DNA of 64,000 nucleotides. Origin: Squalus acanthias (Eukaryota). Position numbers and translations under genes: made by a program. Positions 45,316 to 57,819 of the stretch are shown one piece after another. Under the pieces are notes generated by a model, which was given only the letters and a program-made list of their open reading frames with translations, was not told where the DNA came from and did no database searches. How positions within the stretch are numbered: position 1 is the stretch's first letter; the number at the start of each line of letters is the position of its first letter. The DNA is taken from assembly GCA_030390025.1 (NCBI GenBank), contig CM059432.1, forward strand, positions 9,858,001 through 9,922,000. Direction: 5' to 3'.

Positions 45316-46871
45316 GGCCCGGAATTTGTGGTGGGTAATAACGGCGAACTAACAGCGTTCGTCATTATAACCCCTTCAAAACTGACCGCATCTTCAGGGT
45401 GTAGCGCATCTAAATGCGGAAATGCTGAAGTTGCGGTCAGTCATTCACTGCTCCGACACTGGCTGCGCTGTGGCACCCACCCCCCGCCCCACCACCCCAC
45501 CGCCCCCCTCCCTGCCCCCCACCCCCACCCATAGCCGGCAATCAGTGTAATCAGTGAAACTGACGAAAACTTGGGTTTTTCTGCGGTAAAATCGCTGTTA
45601 AATACCCCATTAAATGTTAGGCCTTGTTGGATTAGGTGTAACTGGGGTTTTAACAGCGTATCGACTGTTAAACAAAAGGTATGTCCCCGAAAAACTCATT
45701 TTAATTTTGTGGAGCATCAAATTTCTGCATTATGATAAAAATTACAATTTTTAAGAAACTTAAAAAAAAATGATGGATAATCGGGCCAGAAATTCGGCTG
45801 TTGTCGGGTGAGTACGCGCTGTGTACTCACCCGTAAGGCCACCTGAAGTGTCGGTTTCCTGCATGCACTGCGCATGCGCGGGAAACCGGAACTTCCGTTC
45901 CCCTGAAGGAAGGGGTTCAGAATCGAACGCGTGCGCGGGAGAGGCAGCGCGCACGCAGCGAACTTCGTTTTTTTTTCAGGTTTCTCCGTGAGGGAAAGTA
46001 TGGAGAAGCTGCACTTTTAAAAAGGAGGAGCAAGGCCTGCTTTTAACAAGGTAAGTGGTTAATTACAATTTAAACATTTTTTCAACAGGTTTATCTTTTT
46101 TAGATACTTTAAAGAAAGGTAAGTTTATTTTTAGCACCGTTAAAAAGTTTAATTAATTTTTTCAAAAATTTACATTTTTGTTTAAAGTAGTTAATTTATG
46201 TAACTTATAGTTATTTTTAAAATGTGATGTTTTTTAAAAAATGTATTTGAAGTTTAAGTGTGGTTTTGGGGCCGATCTCTATTCATAGATTTGACAGGTC
46301 TTCCTGCCAAATCTATGAATGAAAATGCCCTGCTAGGATTGGCTCTCCATGGCCCACGTGATCCCAGGGGACGCTTCGAACTAACTGCACCCCTGGGATA
46401 CACAAGCACTGCGCGCCGGCAGCTGCAGGAGGCCCAGGACCTGAAGTCCTCGTGGGCCCGAAGCACAATGGCAGGCGCGGTAGGCAAGTACGCGCGCGAT
46501 GCTTGCACCCGCAGGAAGCCGGAGAGCCATATTTCTGGCCCGATATATTTTTTCCAAAGTTTGTTCATGATTATTTTAGGTTCTCCCTTTTTACCATGTG
46601 AGAGCCCCAATCTTTGTTTTGCCCTCTGTCACATTTTTTAAAAGTCGGGACAAAAGTAGGTTCTCATTTCCTGCTTCCCTGTCTGTGAGAAATCTGCAAA
46701 GTGACAGCTTGTTGACGTCACAGCAGCTCGCGTTAGGGTATTCCCCACTACACTGCGCTGAAATCTCTTGCGCGTCGAAAAAGGCAAACTTCTCGCCACA
46801 GAGATCGCGGCATCTCTGTGGGCAGCTTTCTTCGGGGCCTTTGCTTCGCTGGTGACTGCAAATTCCGGGCC
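45316..46871. mobile_element. Harbinger-type MITE with a nested MITE
   Basis: TIR GGCCCGGAATTTG / CAAATTCCGGGCC; flanks ACT/ATT. Confidence 0.78.
45783..46541. mobile_element. Harbinger-type MITE, sister of 40303-41068
   Basis: TIR GGGCCAGAAAT / ATTTCTGGCCC; aligns along its length to the reverse complement of 40303-41068. Confidence 0.82.
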
Positions 46872-47453
46872 ATTGTGTCTTTTGTACGTGCCCTCGCATA
46901 CACTTCTTCAGTCTTTCAGTGGGTGAACTGCTAACAGTTCTGTGAGATGAAGCCAGATATGAATCGTTAAGCTGCTTTATTTTACCGCCAGCAAGTGAAC
47001 GTAGAATAATAGTTAAAATCAAGTCTTGCCTTAATCCAATTAACTTCAGTTCCCTCGTCATGAGCAAGAAGAAGAATTTTTAAAAACACACCCCACTGAC
47101 TCTTTTAATAGTCTTTAAAATAATTGTCTTTCTTGGATAGTTTTTTCACATTCTCTTGAGTCTAAGGCTAGCCTTTCTCTGAAGGAAGACCAGTCCAGAC
47201 TGAGCTGGCCTACCTCTCAACAGACCTCAACAACTGACTGATCTTGAAATTGGGTTTTTCTCTACTGACTTCTGACCACAAGAAATAGGGAAGGGGGTTG
47301 GGGGTGACGAGGGAGGGCTGTCCCTCTGATTTTTTTTTTCTATTCAGTGATTTGCCAGCAGGCCTGTCAATAAACAGAGTGCCTATTGATGTCACTGTCT
47401 CAGCCAATGAGTTGGAGGGTGGGCCAGGCGGTACTTACAGCAAGACTCACAGC

Positions 47454-47687
47454 AATTTTTACTCAGCGAGTGGTTAGGATCTGGAATGCAATACCTGAAA
47501 GGGTGATGGAGGCAGAGTCAATCACAGCTTTCAAAAGGGAGTGGATAAGTACCAGAAGTAAAAAAATTTGCAGGGCTACGGGGAAAGGGCGGGGAAGTGG
47601 GACTAGCTGAAGTGCTCTTGCAGAGAGCCGGCACGGGCTCGATGGGCCGAATGGCCTCCTTCCGTGCTGTAACCATTCTATGATTCT
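47454..47687 (+). mobile_element. CR1 3' end
   Basis: FTQRVVRIWNA; ATTCTATG tail. Confidence 0.88.
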
Positions 47688-48323
47688 AAACAGAGTCTAT
47701 TTAAACAGCTCACTATCGCAAACAGTCTACAGAGTCTATTTAAAAAGAGTCTCCACAAACTACAGCAAACAAAATTACAGCAACTCCTCCCGATAAAAGC
47801 AGGGTGATTTCTCCAGCAACATGCAGTGAGTGGAGGAGAGTTACACGATAGAAATTATGCACGTCAAATCAATCCCAGTCACCCAATCAGCAGTACGGCC
47901 TCCAGGCGTAATTGATGGGGGAATTGCCCAATCATCTCTACTCTGGCCGGGAATAGTGGTGTCACCGTCGTGCAGCCATCAATAAAACTGGCTGCTTTCT
48001 TTACCCCGCCCCCTTAAAAAAGAGAATTCTCAGCAGCAACCCCACGCTGATAGGGCTATCTAGTCGATACAGATGTTTGCAGGAAGTCAAAAGCAAGATG
48101 AGATGTAATTTAGTGTCTCTAGTTGTTTCAAAAGATGCATATAATGCCTGGCTCATTATTGTATGTTTCCCTCTTCATCTCAGTGGCTGCAGCATATAGC
48201 TCAAAGAAGGATTTTAAACCAATGTGATTCCACTTTAATTTCACACATTCCCGAAATGCATCTCCAAACCCAAATCCTTCCTGTGGTTAAATATGGTTCA
48301 AAATCCCCAAAATACAACTTCAA

Positions 48324-48722
48324 CAACGACAACAACATCTTGTATTTATATAGCGTCTTTAACGTAGTAAAATGTTCCTAGCCTCTTCACAGGAGCGATT
48401 ATCAAACAAAATTTGACACCGAGCCACATAATGAGATATTAGGACAGGTGACCAAAAGCTTGGTCAAAGAGGGTAGGTTTTAAGGAGCATCTTAAAGGAA
48501 GAGAGAGAGGTAGAGAGGCGGAGAGGTTTAGGGAGGGAATTCCAGAGCTTAGGGCCTTGGCAGCTGAAGGCACGGCCGCCAATGGTGGAGAGATTAAAAT
48601 CGGCGATGCTCAAGAGGTTAGAATTGAAGGAGCGCAGATATCTCGGCGGGGGGGGGGGGCTGGAGGAGGTTACAGAGATAGGGAGGGGCGAGGACATGGA
48701 GCGATTTGAAAACAAGGATGAA
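48324..48722 (-). mobile_element. L2 3' end
   Basis: GGRAFSCQGPKLWNSLP. Confidence 0.9.
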
Positions 48723-49397
48723 ATGTTGTGAATGTTTATATTCTGGTTGGAACAATGAAAGACCTTGCATTTATGTAGCTCCCTGCACATCCTCAGGGTC
48801 TCACCAAGCCCTTCAATGGATCACTTTTACCAGAAGTGTCGTTGCTGAGGTTAGCAAGTGCAGCAGCCAATTTGCATGAAGCAAGGTCTCGCAAATAGCA
48901 AGTGAAATAAATGGCCGATTAATTTGTTTTCGGTGGTGTTGGTTGAGGGATAAATGTTGGCCAGGACACCAGGAGAGCCCTGCTGCTCTTCTTCAATAAA
49001 TGGTTTATATCTTGGGCAGGGAAGGGACCGACCACTCCAACCTGGCCTGGCCTGCAGTTTGTTACCTCTTAGTCCATCTTTATTTTCCATGATGAGAATA
49101 GATTTACGAACAACTTGCACCTGTTAATGGAGACTTTTAACGGAAACAACATAATTCCAAGGTGCTTCACAAAGGGAAATAGACAGGGAAGGAGAGAGGT
49201 CCAGCCTCTGAGGGACAGGTCCAGAGATGATGGTCAAAGGGCAGAGAGGCGAAGCCATCGCTGAAGATCTGCTGGCTACATTGGTCGGTGCGGAACTATG
49301 GAAAGAAAAGAATGACTTGCATTTATATAGCGCCTTTCACGACCTCAGGATGTCCCAAAGCGCTTTACAGCCAATCAAGTACTTTTGAAGTGTCAGT

Positions 49398-51385
49398 GGG
49401 GTGGGGGGGGGGGATTTTCCGGAGGGGAGGGGGCGGTCAGCGGGCTCGATCGGTGGTGGGTCGGGTAGAAAAATTGATTTTTTGGACAGCGGGTCAGGAC
49501 ACCGCTATCAACCCGCCGCCACACGCCTTTCCCAAATGTCGGGTCAGTCGGTGCTGAGCAGACCCGACACGCAGCGGTGGGGGAGGCAATTAAGGTCATT
49601 ATGACCTTGTTAAAAGAGCATTAAGAACCATTTTCAGCCCACCTTCAGAGTTTACCAGGTCGCCCACGGGGTCCACGCTGCTCGGGGATCACGTCAGGTA
49701 AGCAGGGCGGGAGTAGAATGTCCATGGAATCATCTCATTACTTGAGAGCTGCAAATGTGCTATAAAAGCTCCCATTTCACAGCTGTTCACTTTCCAAGCT
49801 CAGAAGCTGTTGCTTACTGCATTTGGAAGACAGATTGAGCTTTATGCAGGTTGCAAGCGTTTGGAGCAAACTCTCTAGCCTTATGGAGGGAGTCACAGCA
49901 TGCAGGGAGGTTCTCTTCCCTTCCAATGGGCGGAAGAGAGCTCCCCAGGAGACCAACGCAGCCTGGTTGCACATTGCACAGGAGGGCACAAGCAGGGATG
50001 TCATCAGGAGGACCAGGCTGCAGTGGTGCAAACCTTTCAATGATCTCAGTAGATCACGAAATGTTACTGCCAAGCCACACTCAACCTCATCCTGCTGTGC
50101 CACTCATCACATCCTCATCACTCTGCCTTCCCTACCCTACTCCTGCAGGTCTTTACTCACACCAACTTACCTTGCACCTCCACCCATCCCTCTCTATCTA
50201 CATTATCACTTCCCCATCTCACTAGCCACCCCTCACACTCACCCTCACCCTCATCCTAGTCCAATCATATCAACTAACAACACACAAGGGTAGGCACTTG
50301 GGTGTTTTATGCAATGTTCCTGTAAAGTTTCTGGTAATGTGGTGTCAAACATTCAGATCTTTATTTTCAACACTTTGCGTTCTTGGACAGATTTGTGTGA
50401 ACATTTGGAAGTAGCTTAGTGAATTGCAGCCAGGGTGTACAGCGTTAAGTGAAGCAATTCTGGACATGGTGAGGCCATCCCTGGCAGCAATGTGCATGGG
50501 TGATGATGCCCTGTGTCCAGTGCAGCATCAGTTGGTTGCGGAGAAGGCTGGTGTGGATGTTGGTGCTGCTGATGCTGCTGGTGTTGGGGCTGATCGTGTT
50601 GGGATTCTGAGGACCAAGGTGAGATTTTTTCAAGGGCACCGACACTGATGGAATAGATGACAGGTGAGGTTGAGATGACAGAAGTAATCTGTCAGTGTTG
50701 AGATAGGGTGTTCCAAGGAGATGACAGTGGATAGAGAGATTACTCCAAACACTTCAAAAGTGCAAAAAGCTCAAAAGTGGGTTCCAAATCATAATTGCTC
50801 CAGCTTCTAAGATTGGGAAGTGAACAACTGTGAAATGGTAGGTTTTATGTGAGAAGTCGCACAACACCAGGTTATAGTCCAACAGCTTTATTTGAAATCA
50901 CAAGCTTTCGGAGCGCTGCTCTTTTGTCAGGTGAAGTCAGCGCTCCGAAAGCTTGTGATTTCAAATAAAACTGTTGGACTATAACCTGGTGTTGTGCGAC
51001 TTCTCACTTTTGTCCACCCCAGTCCAACACCGGCATCTCCACATCATGGTAGGTTTTAGACCACTTTTGCAGCTTTCACCTATTCACAGCCATTGAGAAC
51101 CTGACGCACTTGCCTGACGTGATAGCCACTCTCCGGGAACCTCGTTGAAAACCTGGTAAAATGGGAAAATGGTTCTTAACTACCATTTAATAAGCTTTTT
51201 TAACTATCTAGAATGGCTGACCCGCAGCTTGGTGTCGGGTCAGTTCAGGGATGACAGACACAACACTTGGGAAACTGACAAGGAGGCAGGTTTACAGCGG
51301 GATACCGACCCGCTGTCAATCTTTGTGATTTTGACAATGGACCCGCCTCCAAACCCGCACTCTGAGCAGCAGCAAAATTCAGCCC
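49398..51385. mobile_element. Non-autonomous Harbinger with Myb/SANT remnant (about 49873-50052, +), inserted into a Deu SINE
   Basis: REVLFPSNGRK...AWLHIA...RRT..Q..KPFNDL; subterminal inverted similarity 49455-49660 versus 51150-51350; SINE pieces at 49301-49397 and 51988-52158. Confidence 0.72.
50848..51045. mobile_element. Palindromic Penelope-like insertion (family A)
   Basis: TSD ATGGTAGGTTTTA at 50835-50847 and 51046-51058; inverted arms of about 70 bp; degenerate hammerhead on the minus strand. Confidence 0.78.
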
Positions 51386-51986
51386 ATAGAATCATAGAAT
51401 GGTTACAGCACAGAAGGAGGCCAATCGGCCCGTCGAGCCCGTGCCGGCTCTCTGCAAGAGCACGTCAGCTAGTCCCACTCCCCCCACCCTTTCCCCGTAG
51501 CCCTGCAAATTTTTTCCCTTCAGGTACTTATCCAATTCACTTTTGAAACCCACGATTGAGTCTGCCTCCACCACCCTTTCAGGCAGTGCATTCCAGATCC
51601 TAACCACTCGCTGCGTAAAAAAGTTTTTCCTCATGTCGCCTTTGGTTCTTCTGCCAATCACCTTAAATCTGTGTCCTCCGGTTCTTGACCCTTCCGCCAA
51701 TGGGAACGGTTTCTCTCTATCTACTCTGTCTGGACCCCTCATGATTTTGAACACTTCTATCAAATCTCCTCTCAATCTTCTCTGCTCTAAAGGAGAACGA
51801 TTCCAGCTTCTCCAGTCTATCCATGTAACTGAAGTCCCTCATCCCTGGATTAATTCTTGTAAATCTTTTCTGCACCCTCTCTAAGGCCTTCACATCCTTC
51901 CTAAAGTGCGGTGCCCAGAATTGGACACAATACTCCAGTTGAGGCCGAAACAGTGTTTTTTTAAAGGTTCATCATAAAGGTTCATC
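51385..51986 (-). mobile_element. CR1 3' end
   Basis: ORF 51392..51775. Confidence 0.92.
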
Positions 51987-53200
51987 CTCTTCGAAATAGT
52001 GCCATGGGATCTTTTACGTCCACCTGAGAGATCAGACGGGGCCTTAGTTTAATGTCTCATCCGAAAGACAGCACCTCCGACAGTGCAGCGCTCCCTCAGT
52101 ACTGCACTAGAGTGTCAGCCTAGATTTTTGTGCTCAAGTCGGTGCAGCGGGACTTGAAGGGCAGTTCCACAGAGATGGACGGTGGAGGAAAGGCAATGGA
52201 GGATGTTGGGATCAGCCCAATCTAATGTGTTGGAGAGGTCAAGGAGGGATAATGCAGCGCAATCAGTCACAGCGGATGTTATTCATGACTTTGGCCATAT
52301 TGGTGCTGTGAGAAGGGTGGAACCTGGACTGGAGGGTGTTTGTATGGCGTTTTGAGAGAGTTGCGCGTGGTACAGGGAGGCAACGATATGTTTGAGGGCC
52401 TTAGAGAGGAAAAGAAGGTTAGAGATGGGGGGCAGAAGTTACAGAGCACAGAGGGAGCATGGGTGGCTTTTTTTTTGAGGAGGGGATGATTACGGGGAGA
52501 GGGGGTGGGGTTTGAAAGGGGTAAGAATGAAGCCTGAGAAAAGGGAGCCTGACAATGTCAGCTCTCACAGGGGCCAGAAGGGGATGTTAAGTGGTCAGGA
52601 GTTGAGCTTTCTTAAACAGCATTGCTACATAAATACAGTGATAAGATTGTGGCAAATATTTCACCCGGTATCTCATTAATACTTTGTCGGTATTACTTCC
52701 TTGGAGTTCTATTCTCTGGCTTACATATCTCTACTTATCCACTCCGATAATTTCTGTTTCTGCATTTGTTTACATAGATGCGTGACACTATTTTTGTTTA
52801 GTCAGTCATTGCACCTAGTTTGTTTCTTCTTCTTTATCTCAACTTGCTCAGTTATATCCTTATGATTTTGTAATTATATTTGCCACTTTGTGATTCATCT
52901 GGCTACTTGCCAAGGATTTCTTTCCCCCTGCTTTTCCACTATCTATCTCATCTGCAAAGCTAAACAGTCTACTATTTACTCTTGGTGCACCGTGGAGAGG
53001 TTTACTCCTCCAGGCCCAATTTAGAACCACGGAATCATAGAACAATACAGCACAGAAGGAGGCCACTCGGCCCATCGTGCCAGTGCCAGCTCTTCAGAAG
53101 AGCTGTCCAATTAACTCTGAGCTCCCGAATCTGCTCATTTGTTAGCAGCTCCTACCTCTTAACGTGTAGCCACGTCACAGATGGACCCCTTTCAATCTTC

Positions 53201-53442
53201 ATACAAAAAGAAAATACTGCAGATGCTGGAAATCTGAAATAAAAACAGAAAAGGCTGGAGATACTCAGCAGGTCAGGCAGCATCTGTGGAGAGAGAGAAA
53301 CAGAGTCAACGTTTCAGGTCGATGACCCTTCGTCAGAACTGGGTTCTGACGAAAGGTCATCGACCTGAAACGTTAACTCTCTTTCTCTCTTCACAGATGC
53401 TGCCTGACCTGCTGAGTGTCTCCAGCATTTTCTGTTTTTATT
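53201..53442. mobile_element. Palindromic Penelope-like insertion (family B) with two outward-reading hammerhead motifs (53304-53340 minus, 53342-53378 plus)
   Basis: TSD CCCTTTCAATCTTC at 53187-53200 and 53443-53456; inverted arms of about 100 bp centred near 53340. Confidence 0.82.
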
Positions 53443-53597
53443 CCCTTTCAATCTTCGTTCTTCTAGATATTGATTCACTTTAAAAGAAAGGCGTCTTTTG
53501 AAAGTTTTATCATCAATCAATCTCATTTGTCATCAATCAGTCTCAAGTTGCTCCAACCTCCCAAATGGGGGTTAGGAGCAAGGGGTAATAGAAAAGG

Positions 53598-53775
53598 AAA
53601 GGAACGTACTTAAATTTATATCGCACCTTTCGCGACCTCAGGACATCCCAGAGCACTTTACAGCCAATGAAGTACCTTTGAAGTGTAGTCACTGTTGTAA
53701 TGTAGGGAAACGCGGCAGCCAATTTGCACACAGCAAGCTCCCACAAACAGCAATGAGATACGTGACCAGATAATG
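53598..53775 (-). mobile_element. Deu SINE 3' fragment
   Basis: Matches the SINE tail. Confidence 0.8.
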
Positions 53776-53987
53776 ATCTAGAAATTCGATGTCACTGCGC
53801 CCATTTTTCACGTGCTAAATGGACACCTCATCCTCCAATATGGTGGGCAGGAAGCGCGTGCTCATTACGAGCCGGGTGTGCGCCGTCCACTGTCTTGTTA
53901 CAGGCCCAAAAAAAAAGGCGCCCAGGGCCCATGCTTGAAACAGTCACTTTGCTTCGGCAAATAAGGGCCCAATGCCTGTTAGGAAGT

Positions 53988-54582
53988 CTTGCTACAATTG
54001 TACAGGGCCTTGGTGAGACCACACCTGGAGTACTGTGCACAGTTTTGGTATCCTTATCTAAGGAAGGATATACTTGCCTTGGAGGCGGTGCAACGAAGGT
54101 TCACTAGATTGATTCCTGGGGTGAGAGGGCTGTCCTATGATGAGAGATTATGTAGAATAGGCCTATACTCTCTGGAGTTTAGAAGAATGAGAGGTGATCT
54201 CATTGAAACATACAAGATTCTGAAGGGGACTGACAGGGTAGATGCTGAGAGGTTGTTTCCCCTGGGCTGGAGTGACTAGAACTAGGGAGCATAGTCTCAG
54301 GATAAGGGGTAGGCCATTTAAGACTGAGATGAGGAGGAATTTCTTCACTCAGAGGGTTGTGAATCCTTGGAATTCTCTGCCCCAGAGGGCTGTGGATGCT
54401 GAGTCTTTGAGTATATTCAAGGCTGAGATAGATAGATGTTTGAACTCTAGGGGAATCAAGGGATATGGAGATCGGGCGGGAAAGTGGAGTTGATGTTGAT
54501 GATCAGCCATGATCTTATTGAATGGCGGAGCAGGCTCAAGGGGCCGTATGGCCGACTCCTGCTCCTAATTCTTATGTTCTTA
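53988..54582 (+). mobile_element. CR1 3' end
   Basis: ORFs 53989 and 54242. Confidence 0.92.
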
Positions 54583-54909
54583 TCCCCAGTTCAAAACTGG
54601 GTTGCTCTGAGTGGAACCAAGCAATGACTTGTTTTTCATAAACTTGTATTGCCTTGGAATCAGTATTCAATGCTTTAGAATTGTTTGCTTTGTAATAGGC
54701 CACAATGTTGTTCCTACTAACAGCCCTCAAATTCCCATGATGTTGACCTCTCTTTTATTAATTGGAATATTAGCTTGTTATTACAGTTGTACTTAATGAG
54801 CTGTGACAGGTTTCAGCCACAGCTCCCTGCTTCTATCCTCTTTGCCTTAAGTATTCTTAATTGCATTCCATCTGGTCCTGCTCTCTTATGAATATGCATT
54901 AATGTTCTC

Positions 54910-55360
54910 CTTACTGACCTTGCATCCTCACCCTCCAAACTATCCAAAACCCTGGTGCATGTATTCTGTCCCGCACTAAGATTTGCTCTTCACCACACAT
55001 CTTCACTGACTGTCTGTTCCCAATGCAGTTCAATTCAAAATCGTTGTCCTCACATATAAATTCCTCCAGGTTTCTGCGCCGCCCTATTTCTGTGATCTCC
55101 TCCAGCCCTGCGGCCCTACAGAACGCCCTGAGGCCCTGATCATGGTTGCTGTGCCTTGGCCCCATTATTGGTTGCAGAGGCTTGAGCTGCCTTGGTCCTA
55201 CTCTGTGGAACTCCTTTCCTAAATCTCGACGTGTCTTTAAAAACCTCCTCCAAACCCAACTCTTCAACCAGGCTTTCTAGTCACCCACTCCTACTCTCTC
55301 CCTTCCTGGCTCTGTGCACATTTTACTTTCCACCTGTTTGTGAAGTGCCTCCGTAAGTTT
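54910..55360 (+). mobile_element. Old L2 3' fragment
   Basis: Diverged match to 32690-32940. Confidence 0.6.
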
Positions 55361-55374
55361 TCTTCACGCAAAAC

Positions 55375-55630
55375 GATTAGCGGGCGGATGAGGAGAATTT
55401 CTTTTTCCCGCAGCGAGTTGTTGTGATCCGGAACGCGCTGCCTGAAAGGGTGCTGGATTCAATAGTAAACTTTCAAAAGGAACTTGGATATATACGTGAA
55501 AAGGAAAAAGCAATGTAAGGCTATGGGGAAAGAGCAGAAGAGTGGGACTGATTGGATCGCTCTTTGAAAGAGCGGGCACGGGCAGGATGGGCCGAATGGC
55601 CTCTTTCTGTGCTGTGTGATTCTATGATTC
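55375..55630 (+). mobile_element. CR1 3' end, diverged
   Basis: GGGCCGAATGGCCT stem-loop and TTCTATGATTC tail. Confidence 0.8.
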
Positions 55631-55896
55631 GATGAAAATCACTTTATAAAAAGTTGATGAAAACTCATAAAAAACTCAATTTAAAATTTATACCCCATTA
55701 TTGCCCTTTCTCACTGTCGAATCTACCTTTGATTTATTTAGTAACAGTTTGTTTACTGTATGAAAAGATGAACTGCCTCTCCCACTCACTGTTCCTTTTT
55801 TCAGTATTCTCTTTTCGTCCTGGATTTTTTTCATATATATATTTCATTAAATATGTTATACAATAGTACGGTTATGCAAGGTTCATTATAATTCAT

Positions 55897-56359
55897 GAAA
55901 GAAAGAAAGACTTGCATTTATATAGCGCCTTTCACGACCACCGGACGTCCCAAAGCGCTTTACAGCCAATGAAGTACTTTTTGAAGTGTAGTCACTGTTG
56001 CAATGTGGGAAACGCAGCAGCCAATTCGCACACAGCGAGCTCCCACAAACAGCAATGTGATAATGACCAGAGAATCTGTTTTTAGTGATGTTGCTTGAGG
56101 GATAAATATTGGCCAGGACACCGGGGAGAACTCCCCTGCTCTTCTTCAAAATAGTGGCCGTGGGATCTTTTACGTCCGTCTGAGAGCGCAGACGGGACCT
56201 CGGTTTAATGTCTCATCCGAAAGTCGGCACCTCCGACAGTGCAGCACTGCACTGGAGTGCCAGCCTGGATTATGTGCTCAAGTCTCTGGAGTGGGACTTG
56301 AACCCACAACCTCCTTGACTGAGAATTGAGAGCGCTACCCACTGAGCCAAGGCTGACAC
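55897..56359 (-). mobile_element. Full-length Deu-domain SINE
   Basis: Reverse complement of 15048-15520. Confidence 0.88.
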
Positions 56360-56804
56360 CACAGCCAGCAACATGATTGCTTTTTATGATGAAATCCTAC
56401 CATGTTCACCGTTCACCCATAGCTGTATCATTGCTGGCAATGCCACCACCACAGCAGATACCCTTCTCCCTACTACTGCCATCAATGTAGGAGACACAAC
56501 GGTCAAAACCTCAGCTCCAATAAAATTGATAGTAATTCCAGAGTCTTATTAATAACTTAAATTTAATAGGTAGGTCCTCTGATTTTGCCGATCACGGACG
56601 AAAATCTCAATTAAATTAATTTCTTGAATTTAGCAACTCTGTATTAAAAGAAATAAAGCCCCACTATGCTAACAGGTGTAGGCCCTGAATTCACTACCTT
56701 GACGATGTTGGCGATGAAGAATATAACTTAGACTGTCGCTTTCCCCGATTCTCCAGTGGCGAAATCGCGCCACAATTTGCTGGACACATAATTCGAATAC
56801 GGCA

Positions 56805-57815
56805 TTAGATTATGAGGAGAGATTACATAAATTAGGCTATTGTGCCCTGGAATATAGACGGTTAAGGGGTAATTTGATTGAGGTTTTTTTTAGGAGTTTG
56901 AAAAGAATTGACAGGGGTAGATAGAATCAGAGAATGGTTACAGTACAGAAGGAGGCCATTCGGTCCGTCAAGCCCTTGCCGACTCTCTGCAAGAGCACTT
57001 CAGCTAGTCCCCCTCCCCCGCCCTTTCCCCGTAGCCCTACAAATTTATTTCTTCAGGTACTTATCCAATTCCCTTTTGAAGACCACGATTGAGTCTGCCT
57101 CCACCACCCTTTCAGGCAGTGCATTCCAGATCCTAACCACTCGCTGCGTAAAAAAGTTTTTCCTCATGTCGCCTTTGGTTCTTTTGCCAATCACCTTGAA
57201 TCTGTGTCCTCTGGTTCTCGACCCTTCCGTCAATGGGAGCAGTTTCTCTCTATCTACTCTGTCTGGACCCCTCATGATTTTGAACACCTCTATCAAATCT
57301 CCTCTCAACCTTCTCTGCTCTAAGGAGAACAACCCCAGCTTCTCTACTCTGTCCACGTAACTGAAGTCCCTCATCCATGTAAATCTCGTTCTCATAAATC
57401 TTTTCTAGGCCCTCTCTAAGGCCTTCACATCCTTCAGAATTGGACACAATACTCCAGTTGAGGCTACTCCAGTGGTTTATAAAGGTTCATCATAACTTCC
57501 TTGCTTTTGTACTCTATCCCTCTATTTATGAAGCCCAGTATCCCATATGCTTTTTTAACCGCTGTCTCAACCTGCCCTGCCACCTTCAACGATTTGTGCA
57601 CATATACCCCCAGGTCTCTCTGTTCATGCACCCCCTTTAGGATTGCAGATAGAGAGAAACTTTCTCCGCTGGTGGGTGGAGTCTAGGACAAGGGGATGTA
57701 ATGTCAAAATCAGAGCCAGGCCATTCAGCAGAGAAGTTAGGAAACACTTCTTCACACAAAGGGAGGTAGAAATGTTGAACTCTCTCCCACAAAAAGCAGT
57801 AAATGCCAGCTCAAT
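56805..57815. mobile_element. CR1 (minus, about 56922-57640) nested in an older CR1 (plus)
   Basis: ORF 57045..57395 on the minus strand; flanking plus-strand CR1 pieces are collinear. Confidence 0.85.
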
Positions 57816-57819
57816 TGTT

